Assembly: GCA_963737635.1 (NCBI GenBank)
Contig: CAVTTL010000001.1
Coordinates: 288,001-352,000 of the forward strand
Length of the DNA: 64,000 bases
Reading direction: 5' to 3'
Origin: an uncultured Methanoregulaceae archaeon
GTDB taxonomy: Archaea; Halobacteriota; Methanomicrobia; Methanomicrobiales; Methanospirillaceae
The notes under the pieces are model-generated. The model saw nothing but the letters and a program-made list of their open reading frames with translations. It had not been told where the DNA came from and did not search any database. Positions 53,905-62,973 of the stretch are shown here, in pieces. Positions within the stretch are counted from its first letter, which is position 1; every line of letters starts with the position of its first letter. A program made the position numbers and the translations under genes.

Positions 53905-54152
53905 CACCAAAGACTCATCCCACGATGCAGGACCTCAAACCGACGGTCTGGATTGGAAAACAAGGCTGCACGGAATCAGCGATCGAAGAGATCGTGGCCC
54001 AGCTCAAAAAACGTAAGGTTATTAAGGTAAAATGGCTCCAGAACACTGAAGTCGACCCGGAAGCGGTAGCAGCAGCAGCCCGCGCAGTCCTTGTCGAAAT
54101 GAGGGGAAGGACCATGGTACTTGCAGAACGCGGGAAAAATGAGAAAAAATAA
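53901..54152 (+). CDS. YhbY/CRM RNA-binding protein
   Basis: LKPTVWIGKQG...IKVKWL...RGRTMVL. Confidence 0.9.
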   Translation: MTPKTHPTMQDLKPTVWIGKQGCTESAIEEIVAQLKKRKVIKVKWLQNTEVDPEAVAAAARAVLVEMRGRTMVLAERGKNEKK

Positions 54153-54262
54153 ACCTCTTTTTGCGCCTGAATGCCAGGTTTCGGTATCTCGAAATATATA
54201 AAAACCTCGCTTACCAATAAGATAAGACTGTTATTTAATTTTAAAAACAGTGAGGGATTTAC

Positions 54263-54892
54263 ATGACGACCGTATATGATGTCCCGGCCGACCATCTTAT
54301 CAGGAAGGTCGCTGAGGAGCTCAAGAAGCGGCAGGAGATCAAGCCGCCGGCATGGGCTGCCTTTGCCAAGACCGGGGTACATAAAGAGATGCCTCCCGAA
54401 GACCCCGACTGGTGGTTTACCCGGGCAGCAGCAGTGCTGAGACGCGTCTATGTCGACGGCCCCCTGGGTGTCGAGAGGATGCGGAGTTTCTATGGAGGGA
54501 GCAAGAACCGCGGTTCAAGACCGAATGCTTTCCGGAAGGGCAGCGGCTCGATTCTCAGAAAGGCCCTCCAGCAGCTTGAAGCCGCAGGGCTTATCATCCA
54601 CGACAAAACCGGCCGCAGGGTTTCTCCTGCCGGCATGGCGTTCCTGGACAACATGGCCCAAGATGTCGTTGCCAATCCGCCGGCGCCAATTCCAAAAAGG
54701 GTAAAGCCGGTTGCCGAAGAGCCAAAGAAGGCTGAGGCAAAGAAGGGTAAAGGCGACAAGGCAGCAAAGGCCGAGAAGTCCGACGATGCAAAGGGTGAGA
54801 AGAAGCCTGCTGCAAAGAAGGGCGAAGGCAAGAAGACTGAAAAGCCTGAAGCCCATAAAGAGAAAGCTGAAGGCAAGAAGCCTGAAGCATAA
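54263..54892 (+). CDS. rps19e: 30S ribosomal protein S19e with Lys-rich C-terminal extension
   Basis: MTTVYDVPAD...KTGVHKE...WWFTRAA...GSGSILRKALQQLE. Confidence 0.97.
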   Translation: MTTVYDVPADHLIRKVAEELKKRQEIKPPAWAAFAKTGVHKEMPPEDPDWWFTRAAAVLRRVYVDGPLGVERMRSFYGGSKNRGSRPNAFRKGSGSILRKALQQLEAAGLIIHDKTGRRVSPAGMAFLDNMAQDVVANPPAPIPKRVKPVAEEPKKAEAKKGKGDKAAKAEKSDDAKGEKKPAAKKGEGKKTEKPEAHKEKAEGKKPEA

Positions 54893-54907
54893 GATCGGTG
54901 ATGATCC

Positions 54908-55246
54908 ATGGGAGACGATGAGCTGAGTGAGATCCGCAAGAGAAGGATGGCGCAACTCCAGCAGCAGGCCGGCGACCAGCAGGTCATGCAGGAGGAGCTC
55001 GAACGCCAGCAGCGTCTCAAGTCCCAGATGCAGATGGTGCTCATGCAGATTCTCGAGCCTGATGCCCGGGAGCGGCTGAACACCATAAAACTCACAAAAC
55101 CGGACTTCGCAGCTGCCGTGGAGCAGCAGCTGGTGACGCTTGCCCAGAGCGGGCGTCTCCAGCATAAGATCACCGATGCACAGTGAAAAGAGCTGCTCCG
55201 GCAGCTTGCACCGGCAAAACGGGATTACTCGATCACCAGAAAGTGA
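54908..55246 (+). CDS. PDCD5-like DNA-binding protein (in-frame TGA at 55184-55186)
   Basis: DDELSEIRKRRMAQLQ...ILEPDARERLNTIKL...ITDAQ*KELLRQL...YSITRK. Confidence 0.9.
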
Positions 55247-55845
55247 TGAAAGCAGGAGTGCTTTATAGCGGCGGGAAGGATAGTTCCCTTGCAGCGATCA
55301 TGCTGGGTACGTATTACGAGGTTGAACTCAACACGTTTGTGTTCGACCCCGCCCGCTTAATCCCGACAATAGAACATGCCGCGCAGGCGCTGGGGTTTCC
55401 TTTGAGAAAACGGGTATTTCCCGAAGGTATGGCAGAAAAGATGGCAGACATGGTAATTTCATGCGGGTATCCAAACGATGCAATCAACCGCATCCACCAG
55501 ACTGCCATCGAGACCCTTGCCGGTGAGTACGCCATTGTTGGCGACGGCACCCGGTTTGATGACCGGGTCCCGATGCTCACCAGGGCACAGGTGCAAAGCA
55601 TCTGCGGCCGGACCGGGAGCACCTACGTGCGACCGCTTCTTGGCTATATGCGATCGGAAGTCGACCGGCTGGTCGATCGGTTCTTTCTCGTGGAGTACGG
55701 GGAGACCGGGACTATACCAAACGGCGATTACGAATCTGAAATCAGGGAGGCGATCCGTGCCCGCGGAACTGATCCCGCCACCCTGTTCCCCCCCAACCAT
55801 GAGCAGTCGCTTGTGGTAGGAAAAAAGAAGTGCAATAACAACTAG
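55246..55845 (+). CDS. PP-loop (N-type ATP pyrophosphatase) family protein
   Basis: LYSGGKDSSLAA, DGTRFDDRVP, YVRPL, DYESEIR; conserved position before rpl39e. Confidence 0.9.
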   Translation: MKAGVLYSGGKDSSLAAIMLGTYYEVELNTFVFDPARLIPTIEHAAQALGFPLRKRVFPEGMAEKMADMVISCGYPNDAINRIHQTAIETLAGEYAIVGDGTRFDDRVPMLTRAQVQSICGRTGSTYVRPLLGYMRSEVDRLVDRFFLVEYGETGTIPNGDYESEIREAIRARGTDPATLFPPNHEQSLVVGKKKCNNN

Positions 55846-55854
55846 GTGAAGAAC

Positions 55855-56007
55855 ATGAGCAGGCTTAGCAAAGGAAGGAAGATCCGGCTGGCAAAGGCAT
55901 GCGAGCAGAACAGGCGCGTGCCCCAGTGGGTCATGATCAGGACGAAAAGGAGCGTCGTTTCGCACCCAAAGAGACGCAACTGGCGCAGAAGCACGTTAAA
56001 GGTGTGA
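55855..56007 (+). CDS. rpl39e: 50S ribosomal protein L39e
   Basis: Hand translation [50 protein letters not shown]. Confidence 0.97.
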   Translation: MSRLSKGRKIRLAKACEQNRRVPQWVMIRTKRSVVSHPKRRNWRRSTLKV

Positions 56008-56011
56008 GATC

Positions 56012-56278
56012 ATGGCTGAACAGATGCAGGAACATGTCTATATCATCCCCCTGCGGGATGCACGCAGGATGCCCCGGTGGAAGCGGGCAAACGGCGCAAT
56101 CAAGGATATCCGCAAGTACCTTGCCAAGCACATGAAAACCGAAGATGTCAAGCTTGACAAGACCATCAACGAGAAGGTATGGAGCCGGGGAAGCGAAAAA
56201 CCGCCATCAAAGATCCGTGTCCGTGCCATGAAGATGGAAGACGGGCAGGTCCAGGCGGAACTTGCCCCGGAATCGTAA
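56012..56278 (+). CDS. rpl31e: 50S ribosomal protein L31e
   Basis: YIIPLR...PRWKRA...[17 protein letters not shown]. Confidence 0.97.
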   Translation: MAEQMQEHVYIIPLRDARRMPRWKRANGAIKDIRKYLAKHMKTEDVKLDKTINEKVWSRGSEKPPSKIRVRAMKMEDGQVQAELAPES

Positions 56279-56282
56279 CGTT

Positions 56283-56946
56283 ATGGAACGCACGACTAAT
56301 TTTACCGGGGACCCCAATATCGGGGTTTTTGCCCGGGTAGCAGGCGACATTGCGGTGATACCACCGGAATCTCCGGAGGAATTCCGGGCCGCGATCAGGG
56401 AGGCGCTTGGCGTCGAGCTGGTCGTTTCCACGATACAGGGCAGTTCCATTATCGGATCACTGGTCGCCGGGAACAGTCGGGGCCTTATCGTCTCCGGCCT
56501 TGCCACCCAGAACGAGCTTGCTATTGCTAAGCAAGTACCGCAAGGTCATGCAGCTCTCGGAAACGATGAACGCGGCAGGTAACGTAATCATGGCAAATGA
56601 TTCGTTTGCCGCAGTGCACCCGGACCTTCCCGCTGATATTGCGGCAAAGATCGGGGAGTTCCTCGGTGTTGAAGTGATTCACCTGACTCTGGGGGGCGTT
56701 CGAACGATCGGCATGGCCGGCGTTGCAACCAACAAGGGTGTAATCGTGCACCCACTTGCGACCGCACAGGAGATAGCCCGGCTTGAAACAGTGGCAAAAG
56801 TGCCGGTAGGCACTGGCACCATCAACATGGGCAGCGGTCTGGTCGGCACCGGCCTTCTCGTGAATGATACCGGATACCTTGCCGGTAACGCGACGAGCGG
56901 GTTTGAACTTGGCAGGATTGAGGATGTATTTGGATTTCTGGAGTGA
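56283..56946 (+). CDS. eif6: Translation initiation factor aIF6, +1 frameshift near 56527
   Basis: [18 protein letters not shown] / [41 protein letters not shown]. Confidence 0.95.
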
Positions 56947-56951
56947 GTACT

Positions 56952-57146
56952 ATGGCAGAAGAGCAGAAGTTTGAAGTGAAAGGAACCTTTCTCATGGGCG
57001 AAGACTGGATGCCCTACACGAAAGTAGTTGAGGCACCGAATGAGAAGCAGGCCGAGGAACGCACCTTTGCGGTTATCGGCAGCAAGCATAACCTGAAGAG
57101 ACGCTACATAAAGATCTCCGGTGTAACACCGGTGAAAAGCCAGTAA
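56952..57146 (+). CDS. rpl18a: 50S ribosomal protein L18Ae/LX
   Basis: FEVKGTF...YTKVVEA...GSKHNLKRRYIKI. Confidence 0.95.
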   Translation: MAEEQKFEVKGTFLMGEDWMPYTKVVEAPNEKQAEERTFAVIGSKHNLKRRYIKISGVTPVKSQ

Positions 57147-57172
57147 CTTTTTTTTAAAAAAAGAAAGGCCGG

Positions 57173-57370
57173 TTAACTATGAAAGCAGGACGTTGAAATG
57201 GTTGAACGTTTCTTGCAGTGCCTGCATGAGGAATCCCGCGATGCCTTGAAAAACTCCCCTGGGGTTCTGTTGATAATTACATTTTCTGCATAACAATCGG
57301 GACAGGTCCACCGGATGACATATCCGGAGCGTGTTCCCGCAACTTCCGATTTTAATAATTGTTTAGCCAT
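57173..57370 (-). CDS. Small zinc-ribbon protein
   Basis: WTCPDC...SSCRHC. Confidence 0.65.
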   Translation of the reverse strand: MAKQLLKSEVAGTRSGYVIRWTCPDCYAENVIINRTPGEFFKASRDSSCRHCKKRSTISTSCFHS

Positions 57371-57715
57371 TGTTTACTCTTTGATATGCTGAATTCGCCA
57401 AGGCAAAAAGATATCAGACCCTGGTTTTTATTCGATCAATACTACAAGTGGTTTTTGAAGGGAGGTCGTGGATCGCAGTTACACGATTCTCAGGAACGGG
57501 TGCGATCGCATGTATACCCAAAACCGTTTGTGTACATAGGAATGGGTTGTCCTGACGTATAGTATGTGCGGAAAAAATGCGCGGGGAGAGCGGAAAACAC
57601 GGAACTACTGTCAAAAAATTGCTCGAACGAGATAAGAATACAGCAACGCAAAGAAATCTCAATTTCTCATATCAGAAATAATACACGGTCAACAATGTAT
57701 TATTAAAAAAAAATA

Positions 57716-58411
57716 TCAGCTTGATGCCTCGTTGATCGAGGTAACCGTGACATCGATAGTGGGATAGGAGAAATCGATGGTGATCCCATCTGTTGTCTTG
57801 TTGACTATCTCTCCGATCCTGACATACTGTGGGCCAGTGGAGTTGACCTGCGATGCGGTCTGTGAGTTGGAAACGCCAAGAGGTATCATGTCGCCAACCT
57901 GAATCGATGAAAGACTCAGATTACTGGAAGCCAGCTGGTTTGCCGACCAGAACTGGGTCATGGGTTTTGCGGGTGCAAGTGAGATCGTTTTCTGGTCGTT
58001 TGTCTTGAGACCGACGATCCCTGAACCGATGGTATCGTACTCAGTCGAAAACAGGACGAACTGGTTTGTCCATCCGGTTGACGCAGAGTAGACTTGTATC
58101 GGGAATAGATTGGTGTTAAGGGTCTGATTTGCCGTTATGGTGAGTGGCTTAGAGAACAGGACACCATAACCCTGACTGGTAAGCTGTTCATACAACTGCT
58201 GGTTTGAGGTAATAATGGGGTTGCCTTGCTCATTGAGCAGGGTATAATCCACAACTACTACATCTCCGGGTTTGACCGCGGCAAGCGATGTAATCCAGCT
58301 TGAACCCATGGCTGAAAACACCATGAGAAAAACGAAAACCACACCAGCAATAACCGCGAGAACTTTTATCCACAACTTCTTCGATTTCTCTACCTGTTTT
58401 TTTGTGCCCAT
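57716..58411 (-). CDS. Membrane-anchored FKBP-like protein
   Basis: N-terminal TM; VKPGDVVVVDYTL...GIVGLKTNDQKTI...ITIDFS. Confidence 0.7.
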   Translation of the reverse strand: MGTKKQVEKSKKLWIKVLAVIAGVVFVFLMVFSAMGSSWITSLAAVKPGDVVVVDYTLLNEQGNPIITSNQQLYEQLTSQGYGVLFSKPLTITANQTLNTNLFPIQVYSASTGWTNQFVLFSTEYDTIGSGIVGLKTNDQKTISLAPAKPMTQFWSANQLASSNLSLSSIQVGDMIPLGVSNSQTASQVNSTGPQYVRIGEIVNKTTDGITIDFSYPTIDVTVTSINEASS

Positions 58412-58641
58412 TCCAAGGATCCTCCTTATCAATTCAATGTTAAACGGTCATAAACTATTCTGATACGACGATAAGCAGGAGCTCCGGGGGGAGCACGAAG
58501 CAGACGCGATGCATGCTGGAAGTCCACCTCAAACGCACGATCATCATTACGCCGGCATCAGGTATCGTTCTTAAATAATCTCCCACTGTCCTCTATGTTC
58601 TACCGATTCCTTTAAAATCATCAGCGCCGGACGCTTTACTG

Positions 58642-59427
58642 ATGGATAAAAAAAAGGTCAAGGATTACATGACCTATGATGTCGTCAGTGTGGATCTGCA
58701 CGGGACCGTCGAGTCAGTGATTGACAAGATCCGGCAGACAAAACATGACGGTTTCCCGGTCCTGGACGGTGAGGAAGTAGTCGGGTATATCGCAGCCCGC
58801 GACCTTCTTTTCGTGAAGCCGGGCGAAACCATAGAGCAGACTATGTCCGGCGAGCTCATCGTCGCCGATCCCGAGATGGACATTACCGATGCTGCCCGGG
58901 TGATCTTCCGGAGCGGGATCCAGAAACTTCCTGTCGTGGATGAGAAAAACCACCTGCTTGGGATCATCTCCAATTCCGACGTGATCCGATCGCAGATTGA
59001 ACACGTCTCCCCGGAAAAAGTCTTTAACTTCATGACGACACTCAAAAAACTCTATGGAGTGGATCCCACCCTCAACCGGGGAACCGTCCCCGTCAGGGAC
59101 CTGCTCCCGACCCAGTCCAAGATCTACGAAGACGAACTCGAGGGTCGGATATACGAGATCAAAAAGGGGCTTGCCGAACCTATCATCGTGGTACGTAAAC
59201 CGGGCCGAACCATTCTGGTGGACGGCCACCACCGTGCAATTGCTGCAAAGAGGCTTGGCATCACCGCGCTTGACGCTTATATAATCGAGATCACCGATAA
59301 TATCGAACTCGGCATGGAGCGGACCGCAAATACCATGAACTTAAAGACGCTTGATGATGTGCAGGTGCTGGATTATGCCCGTCACCCACTTGTGGCAATC
59401 ACGCACCGTCTGGTAAAACGGCCATAA
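58642..59427 (+). CDS. CBS pair plus ParB/Srx-like domain protein
   Basis: HDGFPV, IQKLPVVD; LLPTQ...EPIIVV...LVDGHHRA. Confidence 0.92.
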   Translation: MDKKKVKDYMTYDVVSVDLHGTVESVIDKIRQTKHDGFPVLDGEEVVGYIAARDLLFVKPGETIEQTMSGELIVADPEMDITDAARVIFRSGIQKLPVVDEKNHLLGIISNSDVIRSQIEHVSPEKVFNFMTTLKKLYGVDPTLNRGTVPVRDLLPTQSKIYEDELEGRIYEIKKGLAEPIIVVRKPGRTILVDGHHRAIAAKRLGITALDAYIIEITDNIELGMERTANTMNLKTLDDVQVLDYARHPLVAITHRLVKRP

Positions 59428-59443
59428 AAAAAGTACTTTTTTT

Positions 59444-60622
59444 TTACGATCCCTCGCACCGGAGATCGAATTTGTCGTTGAGTATGTGCTCTTTTATGAC
59501 CATTCCGTCGTTCACCACAACTTCGGGCCAGATCCGGGTCTTGGAATGGACGATGACATTATCACGCAAAACGACACGGGGTCCGATAACCGTGTCGTTT
59601 TCGATGCTGCATCCTTCGCCAATATGGGTATCGTTGTCAATGATGCTTCCCGAGATCGTGGTATTTGCGCCGATGCTCACCCGGTTGTAGAGCGATGCTG
59701 AAAAGATCTTCGCGTTGTTCCGGATGATACACCGGTCACCGATACTGGTGTAGGGGCCGATCAGCACATTATTCCCGATAGTAGTGCCCGATCCAATTGA
59801 CACCGGCCCGATAACCCGGGTATTCTTCCCCAGTGTTATCGAGTCTCCAAGGTTTACCGGGCCCTGCACCCGGGCGCCGTGCATGGAGAGGTCGCCGATG
59901 ATATCAGTGATGGTAATCTCCTGCAGTTTCCACCGCTCTGCCTGCCGGAGAGAGTGCGGGCTTCCCACATCGCTCCAGTTCCCGCGTGCAAGCCAGCCCT
60001 TAAGAGGCTTACCTGCTTCCATCAGGTGCGGGAAGAGATCCCGTGCAAAGTCAAACTTTTTTCCTGCCGGAATGTGGTCGAAAATTTCCGGACTGCAGAC
60101 ATACATACCGGTGCTTGCAAGATTGGAGAATATCTCTCCGGGCGCAGGCTTTTCCTTAAACCGTTTTATTTCGTACGTGACGTCAATTTCGGCAATGCCA
60201 TATTCCCCGGGGTCATCGATCGATATGAGACCGATGGTGGTTATGGCCTTTTCTTTCTGGTGGACCCGATAGAATTCAAGGACATTGAGATCGGTCACAT
60301 GATCTCCGCCGACGATAAGAAAATCCTGGTCGTCAAGATATTTTTTCGCGTTCCTGACACTTCCGGCTGTACCAAGCTTGGTCTTCTCGTGGACATAGGT
60401 AATATCGACGCCGAAAAGGGAGCCATCGCCGAGTGCTTCTTCTATATCCTTTCCCATGTACCCCAGAGTCATCACGACTTCGCGGAATCCCAGGTTGGAA
60501 AGATGGGAAACAAGGTGCTGGACAGAGGGTCGGTTAACTATAGGGATGCAGGGTTTCGGACGTTCGAACGTGAGGGGTCGAAGGCGTGTCCCTTCGCCCC
60601 CGCACATAATACACACCTTCAT
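59444..60622 (-). CDS. Sugar-phosphate nucleotidyltransferase with left-handed beta-helix
   Basis: GGEGTRLRPLT..RPKP, KLGTAGSV, FKEKP, hexapeptide repeats. Confidence 0.95.
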   Translation of the reverse strand: MKVCIMCGGEGTRLRPLTFERPKPCIPIVNRPSVQHLVSHLSNLGFREVVMTLGYMGKDIEEALGDGSLFGVDITYVHEKTKLGTAGSVRNAKKYLDDQDFLIVGGDHVTDLNVLEFYRVHQKEKAITTIGLISIDDPGEYGIAEIDVTYEIKRFKEKPAPGEIFSNLASTGMYVCSPEIFDHIPAGKKFDFARDLFPHLMEAGKPLKGWLARGNWSDVGSPHSLRQAERWKLQEITITDIIGDLSMHGARVQGPVNLGDSITLGKNTRVIGPVSIGSGTTIGNNVLIGPYTSIGDRCIIRNNAKIFSASLYNRVSIGANTTISGSIIDNDTHIGEGCSIENDTVIGPRVVLRDNVIVHSKTRIWPEVVVNDGMVIKEHILNDKFDLRCEGS

Positions 60623-60701
60623 GGTTCAAACCTTAGTGTTGAATTATTTTAAGTATAGTGGCCGTGATACTCATAAAGAAAAGACCTTTTGGTGATCTGA
60701 T

Positions 60702-60956
60702 ACGGACCGGGAACTTAGTGTAACTGGAGGCACGGTTCAATGCCTTCCCGACAAACAGCAAACGGTTGAGCACTGCCGGTTCTGCATCCACTGCCGGGAA
60801 TTCAAGGTAAATGGCCAGTACGTGAAATCCCCGTCTCTTGCCTACTGCGTGAAGTGCCGGGTGACCGGTGACGTGGATCTCTCTACCGTGCAGGCAGTCC
60901 GTTGCGCGGACCGGCAGAGTGAGGGTTTCCACAGCTTCACCGATATCATAGGATGA
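60702..60956 (+). CDS. Small Cys-rich protein (84 aa), apparent ACG start
   Basis: xDRELSVTGGTVQC...EHCRFCIHC...YCVKC...RCAD...EGFHSFTDIIG*; GGTGAT RBS at 60691-60696; not in the ORF track. Confidence 0.65.
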   Translation, partial: TDRELSVTGGTVQCLPDKQQTVEHCRFCIHCREFKVNGQYVKSPSLAYCVKCRVTGDVDLSTVQAVRCADRQSEGFHSFTDIIG

Positions 60957-60992
60957 TGAAACAAAACAGCACCGGTCACACCTGAGCTGGGC

Positions 60993-62438
60993 TTATTTAA
61001 GCATTGCTAGAATCGCTTCCATATCGACATGTTCCTCGAAGAGGCTGGCAAGCAGATCATAAGGATCCGCGCTTTCTACGGGAATCGGGGTATATGGCAG
61101 GCCTTTTTTTGCGGACAGGTAGGCAAGCAGGGCATTGACGGCCGATGAATTGAGGAAGAGCCCGTGCATGTAGGTACCAAAAACAAGGCCGTCAGCACTG
61201 ACCCTGCCATCACCGGAGAATGCCTCACGATCAGAACCCGGTTCCGTCACACCCATGTGGATCTCGTAACCGGTTACCTCACCCATGGATGACAGGAGGG
61301 GAGGCACCGGCGCTGCCTGGCGCCGCACCTGCGTGGTATTCTTTGCATACGAGGAAAACCGGGTGATGCAGTCGAGGAGGCCGAGGCCGGGATACACACC
61401 GGCTGCGGACTCAAAACCCTCATCCACGAGGGTTTTTCCCAGCATCTGGTATCCCCCGCAGATGCCGATGACCGGGACACCGTTTTCCTGTGCAGCCAGC
61501 AGTTTGTGATCCATACCGGCCACTCTCAGCGCTGCAAGATCGTCTATAGTATTCTTTGTACCGGGAAGGATGAGACAGTCGTAGCCGGCAAGCGACCCGT
61601 CGCAAGGCACGTACTCGACCGATGCGTACTGCTCGAGCAGTTCGAAATCCGTGAAATTTGATACATGGGGAAGCCGGATCACGGCAATACGGATCGGGAA
61701 ATCACGGTGTACCTTATCGGCGATTGACAGGGAGTCCTCGCTTGGGAGGGGAATGTGGAAATACGGCACCACGCCGAGCACCGGAACCCCGGTGATATCC
61801 TCGATGATCTGGATCCCTGTGGCAAAAATGGCGGGATCGCCCCGGAATTTATTGATGATAACGCCACGCACAAGCGGTTTTATTGATTCGGGTAACAGTT
61901 TCAGGGTACCGTAGATCTGGGCAAAAACCCCCCCTCTTTCAATATCAGCTACGAGGATCAGGGGAATCTGCAGTTTTTCTGCAAGCAATGTATTTGCAAT
62001 ATCACGATCATACAGGTTGACTTCGGCTGCGCCGCCGGCCCCTTCGACAATAACCTCCCCATATTCCTGCCTGAGGCGCTCAAACGCAGCTACCGCTTCC
62101 GAAAGAAGATACGGAGTTTCCGCATAGTATTCCGTGATCGGGACATCCTTATAGGGATGGCCGAACAGTACGACCTGCGAGACGCAGTCCCCTTTGGGTT
62201 TGAGCAGCACCGGATTCATATCGGTAATGGGAGAAAGCCGGGCGGCCCAGGCCTGCATTGCCTGCGCTATGCCAATTTCTCCACCATCTGCAGTCACAAA
62301 CGAGTTCAGGCTCATGTTCTGGGATTTAAACGGCGCAACACCGATTCCCCGGCGCACCAGACACCGGCAGATCGCCGCCACCGTCGTGCTTTTCCCCACA
62401 TGCGACGATGTTCCCACGATCATGAGCGGCATACTCAT
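60993..62438 (-). CDS. cobQ: Cobyric acid synthase
   Basis: GTSSHVGKS, PFKSQNMSLNS, MNPVLLKP, EGAGG, SNFTDF, GICGGYQMLG, GYEIH. Confidence 0.97.
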   Translation of the reverse strand: MSMPLMIVGTSSHVGKSTTVAAICRCLVRRGIGVAPFKSQNMSLNSFVTADGGEIGIAQAMQAWAARLSPITDMNPVLLKPKGDCVSQVVLFGHPYKDVPITEYYAETPYLLSEAVAAFERLRQEYGEVIVEGAGGAAEVNLYDRDIANTLLAEKLQIPLILVADIERGGVFAQIYGTLKLLPESIKPLVRGVIINKFRGDPAIFATGIQIIEDITGVPVLGVVPYFHIPLPSEDSLSIADKVHRDFPIRIAVIRLPHVSNFTDFELLEQYASVEYVPCDGSLAGYDCLILPGTKNTIDDLAALRVAGMDHKLLAAQENGVPVIGICGGYQMLGKTLVDEGFESAAGVYPGLGLLDCITRFSSYAKNTTQVRRQAAPVPPLLSSMGEVTGYEIHMGVTEPGSDREAFSGDGRVSADGLVFGTYMHGLFLNSSAVNALLAYLSAKKGLPYTPIPVESADPYDLLASLFEEHVDMEAILAMLK

Positions 62439-62545
62439 TCATTTGAATGCCACAACATAAAACGGATGTGTGCGAAAATCTAGAAGTCTATCACACATAG
62501 CGGCAATGCCAAGTAATAAATAACCAGAACTGAAAAATAGGTGTA

Positions 62546-62851
62546 ATGATTGGTGGCATTTGCCCGACGTGTGGACTTCCCAAGGAACTTTGTATCTGTG
62601 AGGAGGTAGCTAAGGAACAGCAGAGGATCAATGTCAAAGTCAATAAACGCCGCTATGGAAAAGAGGTTACGGTAATTGAAGGCCTCGATCCAACGGATAT
62701 TGACCTTGAGGATCTTTCGAAATTCATGAAGGGAAAACTTGCCTGTGGGGGCACGGTGAAAGGGAACTCGATCGAACTGCAGGGGAATCACCGTGACCGT
62801 GTAAAAGAGCTCCTTTCCCTGAAAGGATACAGCACTGAAAACATCTCTTAA
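62546..62851 (+). CDS. Translation factor SUI1/aIF1 (YciH-like)
   Basis: [14 protein letters not shown]...RRYGKEVT...LACGGT..IELQGNH. Confidence 0.96.
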   Translation: MIGGICPTCGLPKELCICEEVAKEQQRINVKVNKRRYGKEVTVIEGLDPTDIDLEDLSKFMKGKLACGGTVKGNSIELQGNHRDRVKELLSLKGYSTENIS

Positions 62852-62973
62852 GCTTTTTTCTTGTTTTTAGCTCATCTGGATTTTTCCTTCACTGGCGCAG
62901 AGAGTGGAGTGTGTGAACTGGGCGACACCGACCATTCCGGAAAGCCTTTTCAAAAAAGAGCCGGTTAAAAAGA

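Noticed and set aside
55184-55186. Selenocysteine recoding
   Set aside because: Aligns to Leu rather than Cys, and Sec is not known in this lineage.
37200-56540. Programmed frameshifting or true pseudogenes in rpoF, pus10, xseA, aIF6
   Set aside because: No shared slippery motif; conserved genes otherwise intact; sequence error is simpler.
57371-58641. tRNA or SRP RNA in the longer intergenic gaps (57371-57715, 58433-58641)
   Set aside because: No cloverleaf, T-loop or SRP helix-8 motif recognised.
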